Source: Squalus acanthias
Lineage: Eukaryota
Assembly (NCBI GenBank): GCA_030390025.1
Contig: CM059432.1
Span: 18,416,001-18,480,000, forward strand
Length of the DNA stretch: 64,000 nt
Direction: 5' to 3'
A program made the position numbers and the translations under genes. Under the pieces are notes generated by a model. It was not told where the DNA came from. It saw nothing but the letters and a program-made list of their open reading frames with translations, and searched no databases. Shown here piece by piece: positions 62,579 through 64,000 of the stretch. Within the stretch, counting starts at the first letter, position 1. Every line of letters starts with the position of its first letter.

Positions 62579-64000
62579 TGAAGGGATAATTACTAGTCCT
62601 AGCCCTTTTTGGGCCACCCCGGATCAGGCGTATTCCCCAGACGTTCACCTTCAACTAAAGTTAGAGATAGCCGAATCCTATAAGACGCTTAATTGGTTCT
62701 AAAGGTCCAGACTATCACTCCCTAAAGGAAAGGAATGACTTGAAGATGTTACCGTCCTCCAGATAGCACTTTTAATAAGTTTAACTGGACTGTAACCTTC
62801 CGGATATTATGAGGGTCCGGAAAACTCCCCCAGAATTCTGCAACTCCTCACCAAAGAGTGTACAGAGATTGAGTTCACGAGTTTGATACAGAAGTACTAT
62901 GTGAGCCAATTCTAAAAATATATAGATTTATTAAAGAACCGACATGTAGTTAACAACTGGTGATTCAATCGCAACTTTAACAGTTCAAAATACAAATAGC
63001 TGTAGAATTCGCAATATATCGCGATTTTATAAATAAGGAGAAAACACATAGTTTCGTTCAAACAGCTTTATTTCAGCAGAATGCTGTCAGGTTTTCAAAG
63101 TGGACACAAGCAGCCTGTAAAATGGCCGCCAAGCATCGTGGCAGAAGCTTCCAGAATACAGTGGGCAGACAAGATGGCGTTCGAATAAACATTTCAGTAT
63201 CAGATTGGTTAATACGCAGCAAACACTGATAAAGACAGGATGCAACCTGTCTGCATTCGACACAATAGCAAAGATATAAGTGCTGGAATCATTTTCCATG
63301 CACAAGTAAGGACCATTGTAATGGGCAATCGAAGGCCCATCCAGACACAGCAATACACATATCAGTATTCGAGAAGGCCCCAAACCCAGTCAGGGAGACT
63401 CCTAGCCGGCTCGACAATGGGGAAAACATTAACGGCTACTTGGCCAGTTTAAGGTGCTACCGAAACCCATTAAAGGAAAGAATCGCCCCATGCTGGGAGT
63501 TTTGTGCACCAGCATTTCACAAAGGACAAACATTAAGATTTGAGCGGGAGATAAGGGAACACAGCACTATAACTATAGTGAACAAATGTCCATCAAGGGC
63601 TTATTCTCTGGATTGGACTCTTGACTCGGGCTGGACTCTTGACTGATTGATCTCGCTGATGACTGCTGAACTTTTATTCTCCTATTCTGATCCTCGGGTA
63701 TCGCTCTGCTGGACGAGCAGCCTTCTGTTTTTCTCTGGACTCTGTTGACTACGAGACGAGACGAGAAGAAGAGGAGAAGAATCCACGTACCGCCACGGTC
63801 AGTAAACCCCGACCGCGCCGAAAATACAAGAAAGAACTGCAGCGAAACGAGCCGAGTGCCTTACTTTAAAATTCTCCGAGTTATCACGAGTGGTGAGCAT
63901 GAGTCTCGATCCTACCAGTCTAGTTTAGAATAGGTATTGATAGGGGAGGGTTTAAGTTTTAAGGATAACTGTAATGTGTGCCCCCATTTATGATGTGTCG
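62579..64000 (-). mobile_element. LTR (runs off the window) sharing about 405 bp with the 35962 solo LTR
   Basis: Starts TGAAGGGATAATTACTAGTCC; similarity ends at about 62986. Confidence 0.7.

Overview
Repeat-dominated eukaryotic genomic DNA. The repeat repertoire (Deu-domain SINE, V-SINE/HE1-like SINE, many CR1 families) points to a cartilaginous fish; that is inference. Two elements look intact and young. (i) A 4.17-kb PIF/Harbinger DNA transposon (43177-47342) with TIRs, a 3-bp TSD, an uninterrupted DDE transposase and a convergent 3-exon Myb/SANT partner gene whose splice phases I reconstructed (458 aa). (ii) A full-length CR1 LINE (about 54546-58992) with intact zinc-finger/SGNH-esterase ORF1 and APE-RT ORF2. 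Also present: non-autonomous derivatives of the Harbinger, older decayed Harbingers, related MITEs, a decayed Gypsy (Mag-like) LTR retrotransposon with both 137-bp LTRs and a 5-bp TSD, two long solo LTRs plus a chimeric LTR, Penelope fragments carrying minimal hammerhead ribozyme cores, many truncated CR1/L2 copies (often nested), and a 22 x 21-bp minisatellite. Two Harbinger-family insertions sit at the same position and relative orientation in the (ATGACTCT)n tails of CR1 LINEs, suggesting targeted integration. A few small phase-compatible exons (about 5-15 kb) may be the 3' end of an unidentified host gene. No prokaryotic-type system, rRNA, true tRNA or CRISPR array is supported.
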